A stretch of 64,000 nucleotides of DNA from Rhodosorus marinus CCMP1338 (lineage: Eukaryota; Plantae; Rhodophyta), in assembly GCA_029953675.1 (NCBI GenBank), contig JAMWBK010000001.1, forward strand, positions 2,728,001 through 2,792,000. The letters run 5' to 3'. Positions 11,895 to 24,953 of the stretch are shown here, in pieces. The number at the start of each line of letters is the position of its first letter. The stretch's first letter is position 1. The notes beneath the pieces are model-generated. The model searched no databases and was not told the origin of the DNA. It saw nothing but the letters and a program-made list of their open reading frames with translations. The position numbers and the translations under genes are program-made.

Positions 11895-13799
11895 ATGATG
11901 GCGTTTATTGGCGGTTTATGTATTCAAGGACATGACAGAGCTTCGTCACAGAGCTCAAGATCTGTTTGTAGGGTAAGTTCATTCTCCTGAAGGCTTTTGG
12001 TTGAGTTTTACAGGCGGTTATAGCTGAAAAACGTTTCGATTTATACCGTATTTTGTAGTCGGCTGAAGTCAGGGAGAAGCCAGTATCGGTCTCCCTCGTC
12101 CCGCTGGGATGTCCGAAGAACACCGTCGACGCCGAGGTTATGCTCGGCGATCTAGAGCAGCAAGGGATCTCCGTGTTGGACGATGAGAGCAGCGCCGATG
12201 TCATCATCGTGAACACCTGCGGTTTCATCGAAGACGCCAAGCGTGAATCCATCGAGGCTATTCTCGCAGCTGCCGAGCTGAAGCAGGGCAGCGGCGCCAA
12301 GGGGGTCGTTGTTACAGGGTGTCTTGCACAGAGGTACCTCCCAACCGGATTGGAGAATGCAGCTTTATAGATGCCGCTCCTCACCTCCCGACTTGCTCTT
12401 CTTCTTCAGGTACGCTTCTCAGCTCGCCGAAGAGCTACCTGAAGTGGACGCCGTGGTAGGCTTTGAGGGTTACAAATCGCTGGGAGAAAAGGTCAGGAAG
12501 ATAGCTCTGAACGGCAAGAAGAGATCGAGCTCGACTGTGGAAGTAGGCAAGGCGACGGTACCGTTTAGACCAGAGTGGGGACGTCGTAGGCTTGCTCCTA
12601 AACACACCGCCTACATGAGAGTTGCGGAAGGCTGCGACCACGCCTGTTCCTTCTGTGCGATTCCTTCGTTCAGAGGAAAGTTCAGGTAGAGCTAGCAAGG
12701 CATCACCACATCTCTCCCCTCATCGCGCTCTGATCCATCGTCCTCATGCGGTGGAGATAGGTCGAAGCAATGGGATCAAGTCGTCGAAGAAGCCCGGCTA
12801 CTTGCGTCGAAAGGAGCAGTGGAATTGAACCTGATCGCCGAGGACACGAATCAGTACGGAATTGATTTCAAAGGGGACAGCCGCAGACTCAGCGATTTGC
12901 TGTACGAGCTTGCAGACATCGAGGGCATCCAATGGATCCGGCTGTTGTACTGCTATCCAAGCTACTTCACAGACGAGCTCATCGATGCGATAGCGAACAT
13001 TGACAAAGTGGTGAAGGTGAAGCAGTTTACAGACAACAGCTGCCAAGAATGAAACTCCACACCTTCCTAAACAGGGAGTGTGGGGAGCGCTTCCCCACAA
13101 TCTGCTCTAACCGGGGATGCACATCAACCCTTCTCCTTCTTCTTCTCTAGTATATTGACATTCCGCTGCAGCACATCTCCGACCCGGTGCTGAAGAGAAT
13201 GAATCGACCTGGAGCAAAGCACACGAAGAGGCTTCTGAACAGGCTGAGAGACCGGATACCCGAAGTGGAATTCAGATCGACGTTCATCACCGGATTCCCG
13301 GGCGAAACACAGCAGGACCACGAGGAGCTGGTCAACTTTGTCAAGGACTTTCGATTTCATCGAGGAGGTTTTTTCACTTACAGCGAAGAGGACGGAACGC
13401 CAGCGGCATCCCTTGATCGTCAGATTCCTGAGGAGGTAAGCGAAGGACTACTTCCTTTCCAAACGTCTCTCCGAGAGACTGACCTCTTTTCGTTTTGGAT
13501 GACTTCGCTCTTAGATCAAAATGGCAAGACGAGATGAGCTAACATCGCTTCAGCAAGACATCCAAGCGGAGTTTGCTGACGAGAAGATTGGTAAGGTAAT
13601 CGATGTGCTGGTGGACAGAATTGAGGACGGTCACGCGGTGGGTAGAGCGAGATTTGATGCTCCGGAGATCGACTGCATCGTGCACCTGCTTCAGGACGTT
13701 CCTCCGGGACTGGTTGTAAAGGCGAGAGTGGTAGAGTCGGACCTGTTCGACCTTCTCGCAGACACCAATCCTCACGTCGTGAATGGGGAGGTTGTCTAG
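11895..13799 (+). CDS. rimO: Ribosomal protein uS12 methylthiotransferase RimO (radical SAM + TRAM), probably plastid-targeted, spliced
   Basis: [19 protein letters not shown]; [17 protein letters not shown]; [10 protein letters not shown]; radical-SAM [15 protein letters not shown]; C-terminal [11 protein letters not shown]; N-terminal MMAFIGG transit-like start. Confidence 0.93.
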
Positions 13800-14021
13800 A
13801 GCGAGGAGAACGTCCTCTACCGATGCTAGAGTCAGTGCTATGTAAAATGAAAAATTAGTTGTCGTGCAGCTGAGCTTGCGCTGCGCCCGACGCTGTTTTC
13901 GCGGGCGAGAGACCAAGTGGAGAGCTGTCGCGTGTGTGAAGGGTGACAACTGTGCCTCGAAAAAAATTCATCCCTTGCTCTTTCTCAACATGCTAGTCTA
14001 GGTTTGTACCCCAAGAATAGC

Positions 14022-14657
14022 TTAACTTCCAGCTCGATCTGTCAGATGATCTGGGATTCGGGGGTAGTCATATAGAACATGGTATCGCCTAGGGTCTTGG
14101 CCGGTCTTCCGCGTTTCGAGAATGTCGTGAATGCTAAGGACAGCAACGAGACGTTTGAACGCCTCCTTTCCTCGTCCCTCTTGCTCACCATCTCCACCGA
14201 AGCTGTCCAATCGGGTCGTACAGTCGTCTGTGTCTCAAGGCCTCCCGCTTGCCATCCTAGTCTTCCGATTCGCGATGAACTCTCCCGGCATCTTCATGTG
14301 ACCAACTCTCTCGACAGAGCTTTTTATTCCTCTCAGGGTTTGCTGTGTCTGACAAAATCTCGTCGTAGACCGTCGCGCATCGTTCCTATCCGTCATCTCG
14401 TTAGCAGTATCGCCTAACCTCGTCCTCGTCCACTACTCTGCTGAATAGTTGAGCACCGCCATTGACAAGTTCAATCAGTTTGGACCTCTCCGCGGGGGAA
14501 GGAGTTGCGGAGGTTGTGGCCCCATCGCGTCGGTCGTGGTTGTATTTCTCAGCAGATAAATTCCAGTAGAAAACGTGTGCGCGGAGGGGAGATAACAAAG
14601 ATAATCATCACCGGATTCGAATCTGTATGGACGATGCCATGGTCCTGCGTCCAGCAT
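14022..14657 (-). CDS. Possible small spliced gene of unknown function
   Basis: Protein-like segments (SKLIELVNGGAQLFSRVVDEDE, ERCATVYDEILSDTANPERNKKLCRE, KEAFKRLVAVLSIHDIL) separated by GT-AG candidates. No unique gene model or family could be assigned. Confidence 0.35.
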
Positions 14658-15328
14658 CTCGAGCAGGAAGATACGGACTAGGCTAGCCGCGCGGCGCCCG
14701 TCGATTTTAAAGTATTGGTAAATGTTGTGATTTGATGAAGACGTTCAAGAGCTCTTGTCAGTAAAACTACAGATGTGCTGGTCGTCGTTGTCGTCGTCGT
14801 TGGCGGGTGGGGAATTGTAGATGAGTGGGAAATGTAAGACCTGTTAGGATTGGATCAGGAGAGGAGCTTACGTGACCTTGTCCCTTTTTCGTCGACGAGG
14901 AGACTAGTCTTTGGGAGGGGGGGCGGGGGAGGAAGGGAAGGGGAGCTTTCTTGTAACCTGAGCTTGTCAAGTAGGAGGACATTAGAGAACTTTCATTTAG
15001 TAGCTTTTTTGGGAGGGCTGGTTGCTGCCTGGATAGAGACTTTCGTGAGAAAGATTGGAACAGTCTCAACAAGACAAAGAGGTTTGGTCAACGTGGGAAA
15101 GGGGGGTCTATCCTCGACAGAAAATTGGAGAGAGAGGTACTCGTTTGAGAAATGGCGTGGAACGGCTAGTATAGTCTGCCTCTCCAGTAGCGACGGTGGA
15201 GATGTGGTGATGAGTGTCGATTAAAACTGTTGAAGAGGAAGAGTTTTGGGACGATGAGAGCCTCGTTGAAGGGTTTTGTGGAGTGAACGCATCGCTGGAA
15301 AAGGGGCTGAGGGTTTTTTGGGACAATA

Positions 15329-18300
15329 ATGATCGCTCGGCATGCGTGGGTTCGAGTAAATCTGAGGAGGAGCTCTGCAGCCTTTGGTGAGAGGTATGGT
15401 GCTGTTCGGGGGCTGAAGAAGAAGAAGAATGACGAGGGTGGCGGCGATGGAGCCCGCGCGCTTAATCCCTTCGAGCGTTTGCTCGAGGGGGAGAAGAGCA
15501 CTGGGATAGAGGAGTCTGCGCGAGAAGTGGCGGACGAGCATCGCGCTGGGATCGTTCAGAGTGCGCGGGAGGTTCTCAGGGCTGCTGGTGCTCTGGAGCC
15601 ACCAGTCCAAGCATTGGAGACGAGGAAGACTCAGAAGAAGGCGGCGAAGAAGAGAAGCATTCCGGCGTTGGGACGTACGAGTATTACCAGAGGTGAGCTT
15701 CAGACGGAACCGTCTGAAGCTCACCGTTCAGTAGCGAAAACTAAGGACGCCGGCGAAGCCGGCGCAACGTTGATTACTAAGCTGGGGAAGATGGAGAAGA
15801 AGAAGAATGCTGCGCTGCCGGTGAACCCGGCAACTGGTGTGATAGATTTCGATTCTAAGGCAAATCGGAAGGCATCGGCTTCTAAATCTAGGCCGAAGAA
15901 GAGGGGTAAAAAGATCAAGAAGAAGGTGGAACCTGTTGGACTCACTGAGAAGCCGAAAGAGAAAGAGTTGGAGTCGATTCCGACGAACTATCTTGAGCTG
16001 ACGGGTCTGACCACCGAGGAGAAGGAAAAGGTGCTCTCCAAAGTGCGCGCCCGCGGGCGGTTTAGCTCGAGAAAGGCTGAGGCGCCGCCGAAGACCAGAA
16101 AACAGATACGCACAGAGAAGAAGAGCATCCGTCGATTGCTCAACCCAAAAAGGCTAAAGAAGATGCGCAAGACCGTCGAACGAGGCGTACGGACGAGTGG
16201 AACTCCTGGCGGCTGGATTCGCTTGGAGACGAGATTGTATAAGGTTTCCGAAGCGCTGAAGTTTCTGAAGTCGGCTCACCGGCTTGAAAGTTCACTTGAA
16301 GTATGCCTACACACCCGCTAGCCCACCCGACTCTGTCTGTTTTCATCTCTCCTGCTAAGCTTGGATCCAAATTATTTCTTCTCTACTCTAGTCCGGAAGC
16401 GGTCTTCTGCGGAGCGCATGCGAGCGCTTGCACTGGCCTGCGGACTATAACGAAGCAGTTACTATATCGAAGATCGCGTGTGTATACGACGTGGTGAAGT
16501 TCAAGATGGTCGATTTAATGAACTTGCTGCAGTTTCTCGGAACAGAAACAACGCCGCAGGCGGTTCGAATGTTGATTATGCAGGTAGAGTCACTCAGCAT
16601 ACCCACCCCGCTCCCTGCAGCGCCGCTTGTTCTTCACTGCCCGGACTGCTATCCAGCAGCCCGACAACGACTAGACCTCAGATATTGTCTTAACCAAGTC
16701 ATGCTCAGCTGCTCTTCGGCTCTGCCGGTTTCTTTTCTCCCATACCTAGAACGAACCCTCGACGTTTAGAACGAACGCGATCATGAGATGTTTATTCGAG
16801 GAGGGCCGTGCCGAAGACGCGCGGCTGCTGTTCGAGGAGGAGCTGAGGCGCGGGAAGAAGATGGACGCACTGTCAATACAAATCGTCCACAAGTGCATTC
16901 GCGACATATCTTCATTAGTAGATTTGGTAGAGGAGGTGGGTGAAGTGGCGAACCTCACCACGGACGCGTTCGAGACTTTGATTCGTGCTTGCTGGGAGAA
17001 GAACGGTGCGCGCCCCGATCTCACTAAGCGGATCCTTGCGGAAATGATTGTGAGCCAAAGGCCGCGAAGCGATAAATGCTACGCGTGGGCAATCGCTCAG
17101 CACTACATGGTACGTTCTGGCTCTCTCATCACTCACTGCGACTACTCGGAACTGAATGTAACCGATTTGTTGTCGACGAATACTAGACTGGAGACGTTGA
17201 AACCGGAGAGAAGCTATTTGAGAAGATGTATAGAGAAAACTTGAACATAGAGCTTGAGACGTATGGATCCATGTTCTTCGCATTTGGGGAGCATGGAGGT
17301 AGGTGAACCTGCGTTTCTTCGTCTGGGTGTCAGCGATTGATTCAGATGAGTTCAATTTTTTTTTTGTTTTGGCGATGCGACTCAAATAGGCTCCCAAGAG
17401 TTGGTGAAGAGGTTTTGGAAGGAGTTTGAGGAAAAATACGTCTGGCCTGAAGAGCCGAGCCCGAAGATGCAAGGGAAGATCGCCAAGGTGCACAAGTGGT
17501 ACGTAACCGCGTGCATCGAGGCCCGCATGTCGCGCGAGGCGTGCGACGTCGCCAACCGGATGCTAGAGCAGTTTCCCAACTACTTCAAGGAGCTCTATCT
17601 GACAGTGTTGGACGCTTGGCTTGCCGCCGGGGAGGCGAAGCGGGTAACCGATGCTCTTGGGGCTAGGGAAATTTTCAGAAATCAGGTAAACTTTCGCACG
17701 AGAAAGGTCTTGAACCCCAGTCGATACATTTTCCGCTCACCTCGAACGCGTGCCCCCGATGAACGCAGTTGTTTGCGGAACGCACAGCACACGCCTTGGT
17801 CAAGGCCGGCGAGCTCAAGCGAGCAAAGCAGATCATGGACGACATTGGCCTTGAGAAAATGACCAGATATGAGTGCATCCTTGAATACTACGAGGCAACG
17901 GGTGACAAGAGGGAATTCAACCGACTCGTGGAGTACTTGATGAGCACCACCGAACACCTGCATCGCACCCAGCTCTACGATATTGCCATTCGTGCTCTCA
18001 TTCAGATGAACAGCAAGAGGGTTCTTGCGTCGCTTCTCATCTTCATGAGCAAGAAGGACATTCTCGGAGTAGGTAGAGCCTTTCCATTCCCGAAGGTTTC
18101 CGTAGATCACAGTCCAACGTTTTGTTTCCTCCCGGAACAGGGTCGTCGATTGGACGGCGTGAATTTTAGGCGCCTGGTGACAGATTTGCGGGAGGATGAG
18201 GATCATCAGAGGGTTCATGACCTGTATTTAACGTACCAGAACATCAATGGCAAGAAGACGAAGCTCGGCGAGAAGCACTTGAGGCAGATCTTCGACTCGT

Positions 18301-18605
18301 CTTTTCGCGTAGGTCACATCGGAACCTGCGAACGAATCTCCGCGAGCCTTGCGGCCGGTGAGACGTACGTCTTGCCTACTCAAATGAGTCTTGTAAAAGA
18401 AGACGGCTGCTCCCAAACACCTAACGATTACTCCCAAAACGCACGGTTCTCACACCACAGGTTCGACATCAAGCTTCACGAGCAGATGTTGCAGGCGTAC
18501 GCTTCACAGGGCCGCGTGAAGAAGGTGATTCGACAGTTTGAGAGACTGCTCGACGAGGGATTAGAACCTTCAGAACAGAGTCTGAAACTTCTCGCCGATG
18601 CCTAG
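15329..18605 (+). CDS. Pentatricopeptide-repeat-like protein with Lys/Arg-rich N-terminal region, probably organelle-targeted, spliced
   Basis: Arg/Ser-rich N-terminus MIARHAWVRVNLRRSS. Degenerate PPR helices: TDAFETLIRACWEK, LYDIAIRALIQMN, LHEQMLQAYASQGRVKKVIRQFERLLDEGLEPSEQS. Confidence 0.75.
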
Positions 18606-18871
18606 TGCACTGTAACCTGCACGAGCGTCTCTGAACACCATCGACGGTAGGGTTCTAGGGTTAACGAGCCCGGAATTTTTTTTGAGATTTCTTGTATTAT
18701 ATTTAGGATTTTCTTGTTGCACACTCGCTTTCTAAGGATTCACGAGTTGCGCTCTTTGCAAAGGTGGTTTACAAGGTGCCTTGCACCTACTGTATAAAAA
18801 AAAAGGAAGGGGGGAGAAACCCGACTAGGCAAAATTAACATTTGATGTGGGCAGAAGAGCGAACCCGACAT

Positions 18872-21800
18872 TCATGCGCCATCCTCGTGGACGGCGTCCT
18901 GAAACATCAGCGAGACATCCGCCGTTGTGATCTTCTCGATGATGGGATTCTTCGCCACGACCCCGTGATACGACTGCGCCCGCTGCCGTTCGATATCTAC
19001 TATCTTCTCCTCTATCGTATTTTCGACGATGAAGTGATGGACCGTGGTTTTTTGAGTCTGGCCAATTCGATGTACCCTCCCCACCGCTTGGGCTTCTGCC
19101 GCAGGGTTCATCTGCGGTTCTACAAGAACAACCTGTTCCGCATCCGTCCAACAGAAGCGAAAAAGGTTGGAGATGTACAAGCATATGTTAAGGATGATTC
19201 CTAGCGAGCTGGAAGGTTCCTCTTTTGCATTCCTTACGTGAGTTGCCTCCACGATGTTAAGCCCACTCGCGCAGGATTTTATCGGCAGTAGTAGAGCTGA
19301 GATCCCCGGCTCGGTTCGAAACCGGTGGAGCGCGCTCTGGAAAGACTTTTTTCCCTTTTCCGTTCTCGCAAAGCCGACTCCGTTCTCCCGCAGCGAACTG
19401 GAGATAATCTCGAGCACGTCAGTCCACTGGGAGAAAATGAGCAGCTTGTGCGACTTGTCCGCATCCAGAATCGTCAAGATGCTCCTCACGACAGCGCTTA
19501 TCTGTAGACAAATGATGCTCTGTTAGAGCGCTCAAAACAGCAATAAAAAGGATTGCTAACCTGGCCCGCAGCCCTGGCTATCTCTCGCAGGGAAATGTCA
19601 ATACACTGCCTCTGGCTGTCCCTGCTCATCTCGAGTTCAATGATCGGATATGTTACCTACCTTGCTTCCATAAGAGCCCTTGATCTCTCTCTGCTCACTC
19701 TGCAACAGCCGCTCCCGCTCTTGCTGAGGATGCACGTAGCTGATCTCCGCGAGCGCTGCCCGAGCACGACAGGAGGGGCATCGCACTGAAGAAAACGCGC
19801 CTGGAACGTTCTCAACGCCGCTAGCCCGCTCTACAATACGAGCGGTACATTCGAAGCAGAAAAAATGCCCGCAGGGGAAGACAGAAACTACACAAGGAAC
19901 GCCGCAAGCAGACACGTCAGTCCCTCAGTGCCACCCGCGAGATGCGAACCGCTCCTCCACGCCTCTAGGAAGGAAAACAAATCTCACATTCGTTCGTCAT
20001 CTCTCCGAGGCAGATCGCGCAGGTCTTGTTCTTCGGCTCGGGCTTGTTTTCCGTGTTCCCTTCATTCCGGAGACTTTCCAAGTAAGTGAGCTGTCCCCTC
20101 TTCCGTTTCAAGTTGGACTCCTCGGCCATCCTATCGTTGGAGTAGGAAACATTTGCCACGGGTACCTCCTCTGGAAGAACTTTGTATAGTTTTTCAACAC
20201 CCACCACCTCGTCCTCTGGAGAACGGATGCTGATCCGCATGATGGCCATGTCAAGCTCATCCAACGCGGAAAGAAGATCCTTTTCCCCGGTCGGCAAAAC
20301 GGAAAAGGAAAATTGTTTCAGCCACTTTCGTTTAGCAGATCCGGCAGCCTTCGGGCCCACCTTTTGCGCTCTGAAGAGAAGATGAAACTGGGTGAACTCC
20401 CGCTTCAGAGCTTCCAGGTACTCGAAGAACTTCTGCGCGTCTTTGCACGTCGCCTCCACCAGCATTTGATCGCGATTTGTCCTCCGGAGAAAAGTGAGCA
20501 GAATTCGTAGAATTTTCTCCACCTCTCCCTGCAGACGAACGCCTCCTTCTCCGTGCGCAACAACGCCATCTCTTGACGTCGACGGCATCACAGAGTTGAT
20601 GTTCTTCTCCCGAACGTAAAACAAAGCTTTCTCGTAGGCTGAGAAGAATTTCTGGTTCCAAGCAAGCGGGCACACAAGATCAGATAGCTGTTTCTCTTCC
20701 AAAATATCCCGAGCACCGTGAGGACCGTCAAAAACTCACTTCCGATTCACAGTGCTCACAGACGCCCCCGGTTCTGTCTGGGCGACACTTTTTACAATTT
20801 CCAGAAATCGCAACGTCGTCTGCGGTCGGCGGCTTGGAGCCTGGAAGAGAGCTATTCAACGGCAAAACATGCGCGAAAAGAGTTAGCTAGCGCGGTCAAC
20901 ACGAAATCCGTATGGGCGACACGTACAGCAACCGGTCCAGAAGTTCTTTGCGCTTCTTATTCATTGCAGTCAGCTCCCTCTCTAAAACAAACTTTAACCC
21001 GGCCGCAGATGTTACAGAGGACGACAGCGATCGCTGGTTCTTTCGTCCGTGGTATGTGTCGAGCAGCTCGGTGTGGATTCGCTGGGGAAGTTGAGCACTC
21101 AGTCCCGTGTCCAGATCAACCTCCCGAATCGCAGTCGCCCACCAGACCAGCTCCCCCTTATTCTTGGCCGCTATTTCCTCGACATCACGTCTCGTCTGGA
21201 ACAGCAAAGAAACAGGAACACAAACAGTTCGGGAGATAAGGTTCTGCCGGCAACCTCAACAGCCGCAGACGGAAGGTGTGCTAGACTTTTTACCTTTTCA
21301 AACTCGGCCTGTGAGACCACAAGCTTGGCTTTCACCTCTGCAACATACTCGTTCTGCATCACCTTGGTCTGGTCACGAAGTTCCGAATCCCTCAACGTCC
21401 TTCCGATCTTCTTCAAGACCGAGGCCGTGTCGTCGCTGAGACTAGGTTTCTAAATTGCATTATAGGAGCTCGTAATAAGCTATTACGGTGCTAACACACT
21501 CGTACCAAGCATAACTCTAGAGAGAGGTCTCGGTCTCTATCTTCTTCTTCGATCTCGTGTCTTACCTTCAGCTCCAAGTCAATCAGGTCAAGGGCCTCGG
21601 CGTAGTTATGAAATATGTGCATTTTCTGCATCCTGTCCATCTCAAAGTAGACAGAGTTCTCTTCCGCTGTTTTCATTGATTCACGGTAGAGATTTACCGC
21701 CTGGGCCAGGTCCCGTCCACCGGTGAGCAAACAGCAGGACGCGACTCCGTTGGACGCTGCTATGAACAACCTTTGCGCATCTTCACACTCAATCTACAAT

Positions 21801-24334
21801 GATTCGTTCAGATAAACAGCCAAGATTAGTCCACGAGCGAAGCCCCCCCAGTAAGAAAGGAGACGACAGCCTACCTTGGCCCTCCGGATAAGCGCGTCAA
21901 CAACCTCGCCCATAGTCATCGCTTCACTATTTTGCTGTTTCGAGAGAGCGCGGAGACCAGATCCTCCGACCTGAGGATGGCAACAGGCCTGCCTTAGCAT
22001 TTCCAGCTTTCGTAGAAGACCTCCACCATTGATACCATTCAGAAGCAAGCCTGTTGGTAAATTCTTCAAAACTCTTTCGGCTGTTACTCGGCATGCCTCA
22101 TGTTGTCTTCTATAGAAGTATGCCTCGGCGGGACTGAAATGAACCCTAAGCAAGTCGTACGATGAGTCGTCAGTGAGCAAACTTGGAAGTCGAAGTCGCG
22201 GAGCAAGTGACTGAAAGATCTTTGTCGGCCGAGAACAGTCCTTACTTTGTAAACTTCGACTCCTGCGGCGGAAGGCCGAGCTCCTCTGCAACGTCGTCTT
22301 TCTTCGTGCGCCAAACGAACGACCGAAAGTACGACTTGACGTCCTCCTCGGACTGCTGCAGTAGAGCGCTCTTCCACCAGAACGGATCTGAAAACGGCCG
22401 TACGCCAACAAACTGCACGAGGCCCTGAATTTGTCGGAGCTGGTTTCTCGCGGGGGTACCAGTGACGCACCTAGAGTAGAGCAGAGAACGGGCTTAGAAC
22501 CGAAAACGAAAAAAAGTGCGCGGCGGCGCGCTTTCAGAAGATGAAAAGCTTACCATCGTATCTGCGATGAAAGACGCAAGGCCATTTGCGTAACGACTGC
22601 GCTCTCGCTCTCAACCATCTGAGCCTCGTCGAGACAGACGCGCCACCAGTTCACCATCATCAATGGAGTCGGAATCTATTATCATTGACAAGCCACGAAC
22701 AAAGATCAGTTGAACGCTCTGAGATTCCGCTGGCTCGTAATCGTCGAGGCTGTCCTCAGCTTACCGTCCTATACTTTTTCTCTCGGCGGAGAGTTCTCGC
22801 ACGAGTTGACGGATCCGAGTGATTGAAGTCCGCCCGCAGGGCGTCGTACGTTGTGAGCACGATATCAGACTCCGCCAACTCCCTTGCAGCGATGTATCTC
22901 GTTGACCGTAAGCCTTCATAAGTCACCGTCTTCACGCACCCAGGAAGCGTATGCTTCTCAATCTCCTCTTCCCACTGCCTCAATAGCGCGGCTGGGACAA
23001 TGATCAGCGACGCCCTACCCTCATACTTCTCTCCACCAGCTTCGGCTCTACTTGCGCAGCCGTTGCAGAGGTACGAATCCCCCCGAAGCGCTTCCAGCGT
23101 CGTCCGCTCATAGATCTCGCCGCATAGTGCGTGAAGCCACTGCTTGCACTCGTCGCACTGAATCCACGAACATGCGACCGCATATTCGTAGAAAAGCTCC
23201 TGTTCGGAATCTTCTAGCTCCGTACTGTTACATATTTTACAGCAAGCTTCTTCGCTTGCAATATTCTGCTCACTCTTGAGACTTCGCTCTGAGCTCAGTA
23301 CGCGCGGATTCGTCAGTACCAAACAGAGAATTTCGACCGTCTTCCCCAGACCCATCTCGTCAGCTAGAATACCACCACGAGACCCTGATACTCCTCTCGG
23401 CCGCCGTAGACCGGCCCTACCGACCAGTCTGTTGACGTAGATGGGCTGACCATGGCGTCCAAGGTACTGCTGCCAGAGAGGGTGGAGCCCTTCCGCCTCG
23501 CCTTCCACATTGGGATCCTCTCTTCCAAGCATGAAGTTGACGGCTCGCTTTTGATAGCTTCGAAGGGTAGGTCTGAGGCCATCTACTCTCAGGGATCTCT
23601 CCCGCGGCAAGTCTGTGTCTGTCGGGAGTCGACGTATAGATCGATAAAACCAGCTCAGATCCAAATCTCGGGAACTGCTGCGCGGGAATCCACCGAAGAG
23701 CTTTGCGAGGTTCTTGCTCCCATCGGAACCTTCAGGGTCCACGTCCTCGTCATCTTCTAGCGCCTTGTAAGTCAACCACAGGTTCAGCCGTCGCACGTCC
23801 GGTGCAAAGCTTGCGTACAAGTTTCCGTTTTTCAACAGATCTACGATCGCGTGAGAGCATCCGCTTTCGACAACGCAGTCACCATGAACCCACCAACTAG
23901 AAGACTCCAAAACTGTTGCAAAGAACAAGAGCTCGCTCTCCCGTTGCGACTCGTGGTCCTTCCAGTATCGTACAAGAAACCTACAGAAATAACCGCTCTA
24001 CAGTCTTAGCCGGTGGCAGCCTGTCTACATTGAGAGAGGGAACAAAGGAGACTTACGCATCCTTCGCAGGTGCTGGCAGATCTATCTTCGAAGTAGCCTT
24101 CTGAGACTCAACCACGTCCACCTGCAACTCTCCAACGAAAAAAACTGCATCCTCCATCGACGCAACCATCCCAACCCACCCATCATTCTTCCTTGCAACT
24201 TTGGGGGTAGGAGGCGACACCACCGCGGCATCCAAAACCACAACTTTCTCACCGACACTCCTCTTCTCCCATTCAAAATCTACACCTTCCACATCCAGCC
24301 TAACAGGCGCATCCTGTTTCCTCTTCCTCCCCAT
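18872..24334 (-). CDS. SHPRH: SHPRH E3 ubiquitin ligase / SNF2 ATPase (SNF2-N with inserted PHD, RING, helicase C), spliced
   Basis: Start MGRKRKQDAP. GGILADEMGLGKTVE; PHD WIQCDECKQWLHALC...YLCNGC; IVLTTYDAL; LEMLRQACCHPQVG; RING CAICLGEM...CGHFFCFECT...CPSCR; KLLIFSQW; ASGLNIVEATH; EAQAVGRVHRIGQT. Confidence 0.93.
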
Positions 24335-24611
24335 TCCTCCAAAACCCCCACCACCATCCAAGCAAAAGATTAACCCAAACAAATCGCTATTATACACAGA
24401 GGTTCAAATAGAACCTCTATACATTTCCAAACGTTCCTCTTAGTCTTTTCCTCTCATAGCGTACTCACTCCTTCCTCTCCTCCCACCCCACTTCCCGCTC
24501 CCTCTCTCCCTCTTCTAAACCTTTCCACCTCTATCAAACCTCATTCCAACCAAAGAACGTCAAAATCGTTTTTAGAAATATAGTATCTAAATACAGCGAG
24601 CGCAATAGGAA

Positions 24612-24684
24612 GCCTCCATAGCTCAGTGGTAGATGCGACAGCCTAGTAAGCTGTAGGTCGCGAGTTCGATTCTCGCTGGAGGCT
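24612..24684 (+). tRNA. tRNA-Thr(AGT)
   Basis: Acceptor gcctcca/tggaggc, anticodon arm acagc-ctAGTaa-gctgt, T arm gcgag-ttcgatt-ctcgc, discriminator T. The D stem has one extra T (gctc...gaTgc). Confidence 0.9.
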
Positions 24685-24797
24685 TATCTTCATTGTGTCT
24701 TTAACTACGCTGTTAGTAATCTCTCGCCCATTTTGTTTCGTAAAGCAAAGAAATTCGATATGTTGGTGGGATGCTGAGTACATGTTAGTGCATTTGA

Positions 24798-24835
24798 AAG
24801 CTGCTGGTCGCGAGCTCGATTCTCGCTGGAGGCTT
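24798..24835 (+). pseudogene. 3' half fragment of tRNA-Thr
   Basis: aagctgctggtcgcgagctcgattctcgctggaggctt is nearly identical to the 3' half of the tRNA at 24612. No 5' half is recognisable. Confidence 0.8.
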
Positions 24836-24923
24836 TAGTACTGTTTTATTTTGTAAAATGAGAGAATTTGAGTTTGCTGGTATTCGTTTTAGTACACGTT
24901 CGTGCTTTGTCTTTGGATGTGAT

Positions 24924-24953
24924 AAAGTTCTAGGTCGTGAGTTCGATCCTCGC
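24924..24953 (+). pseudogene. More diverged tRNA 3'/T-arm fragment
   Basis: taggtcgtgagttcgatcctcgc retains a T arm (gtgag-ttcgatc-ctcgc). Confidence 0.6.

Noticed and set aside
16220-16310. LYKVSEALKFLK resembling the ribosomal protein uL1 N-terminus
   Set aside because: No further uL1 motifs; better explained as a helix of the PPR-like protein.
18648-18662. tagggttctagggtt, telomere-like
   Set aside because: Fewer than two full units, the organism's telomere repeat is unknown, and this is expected by chance.
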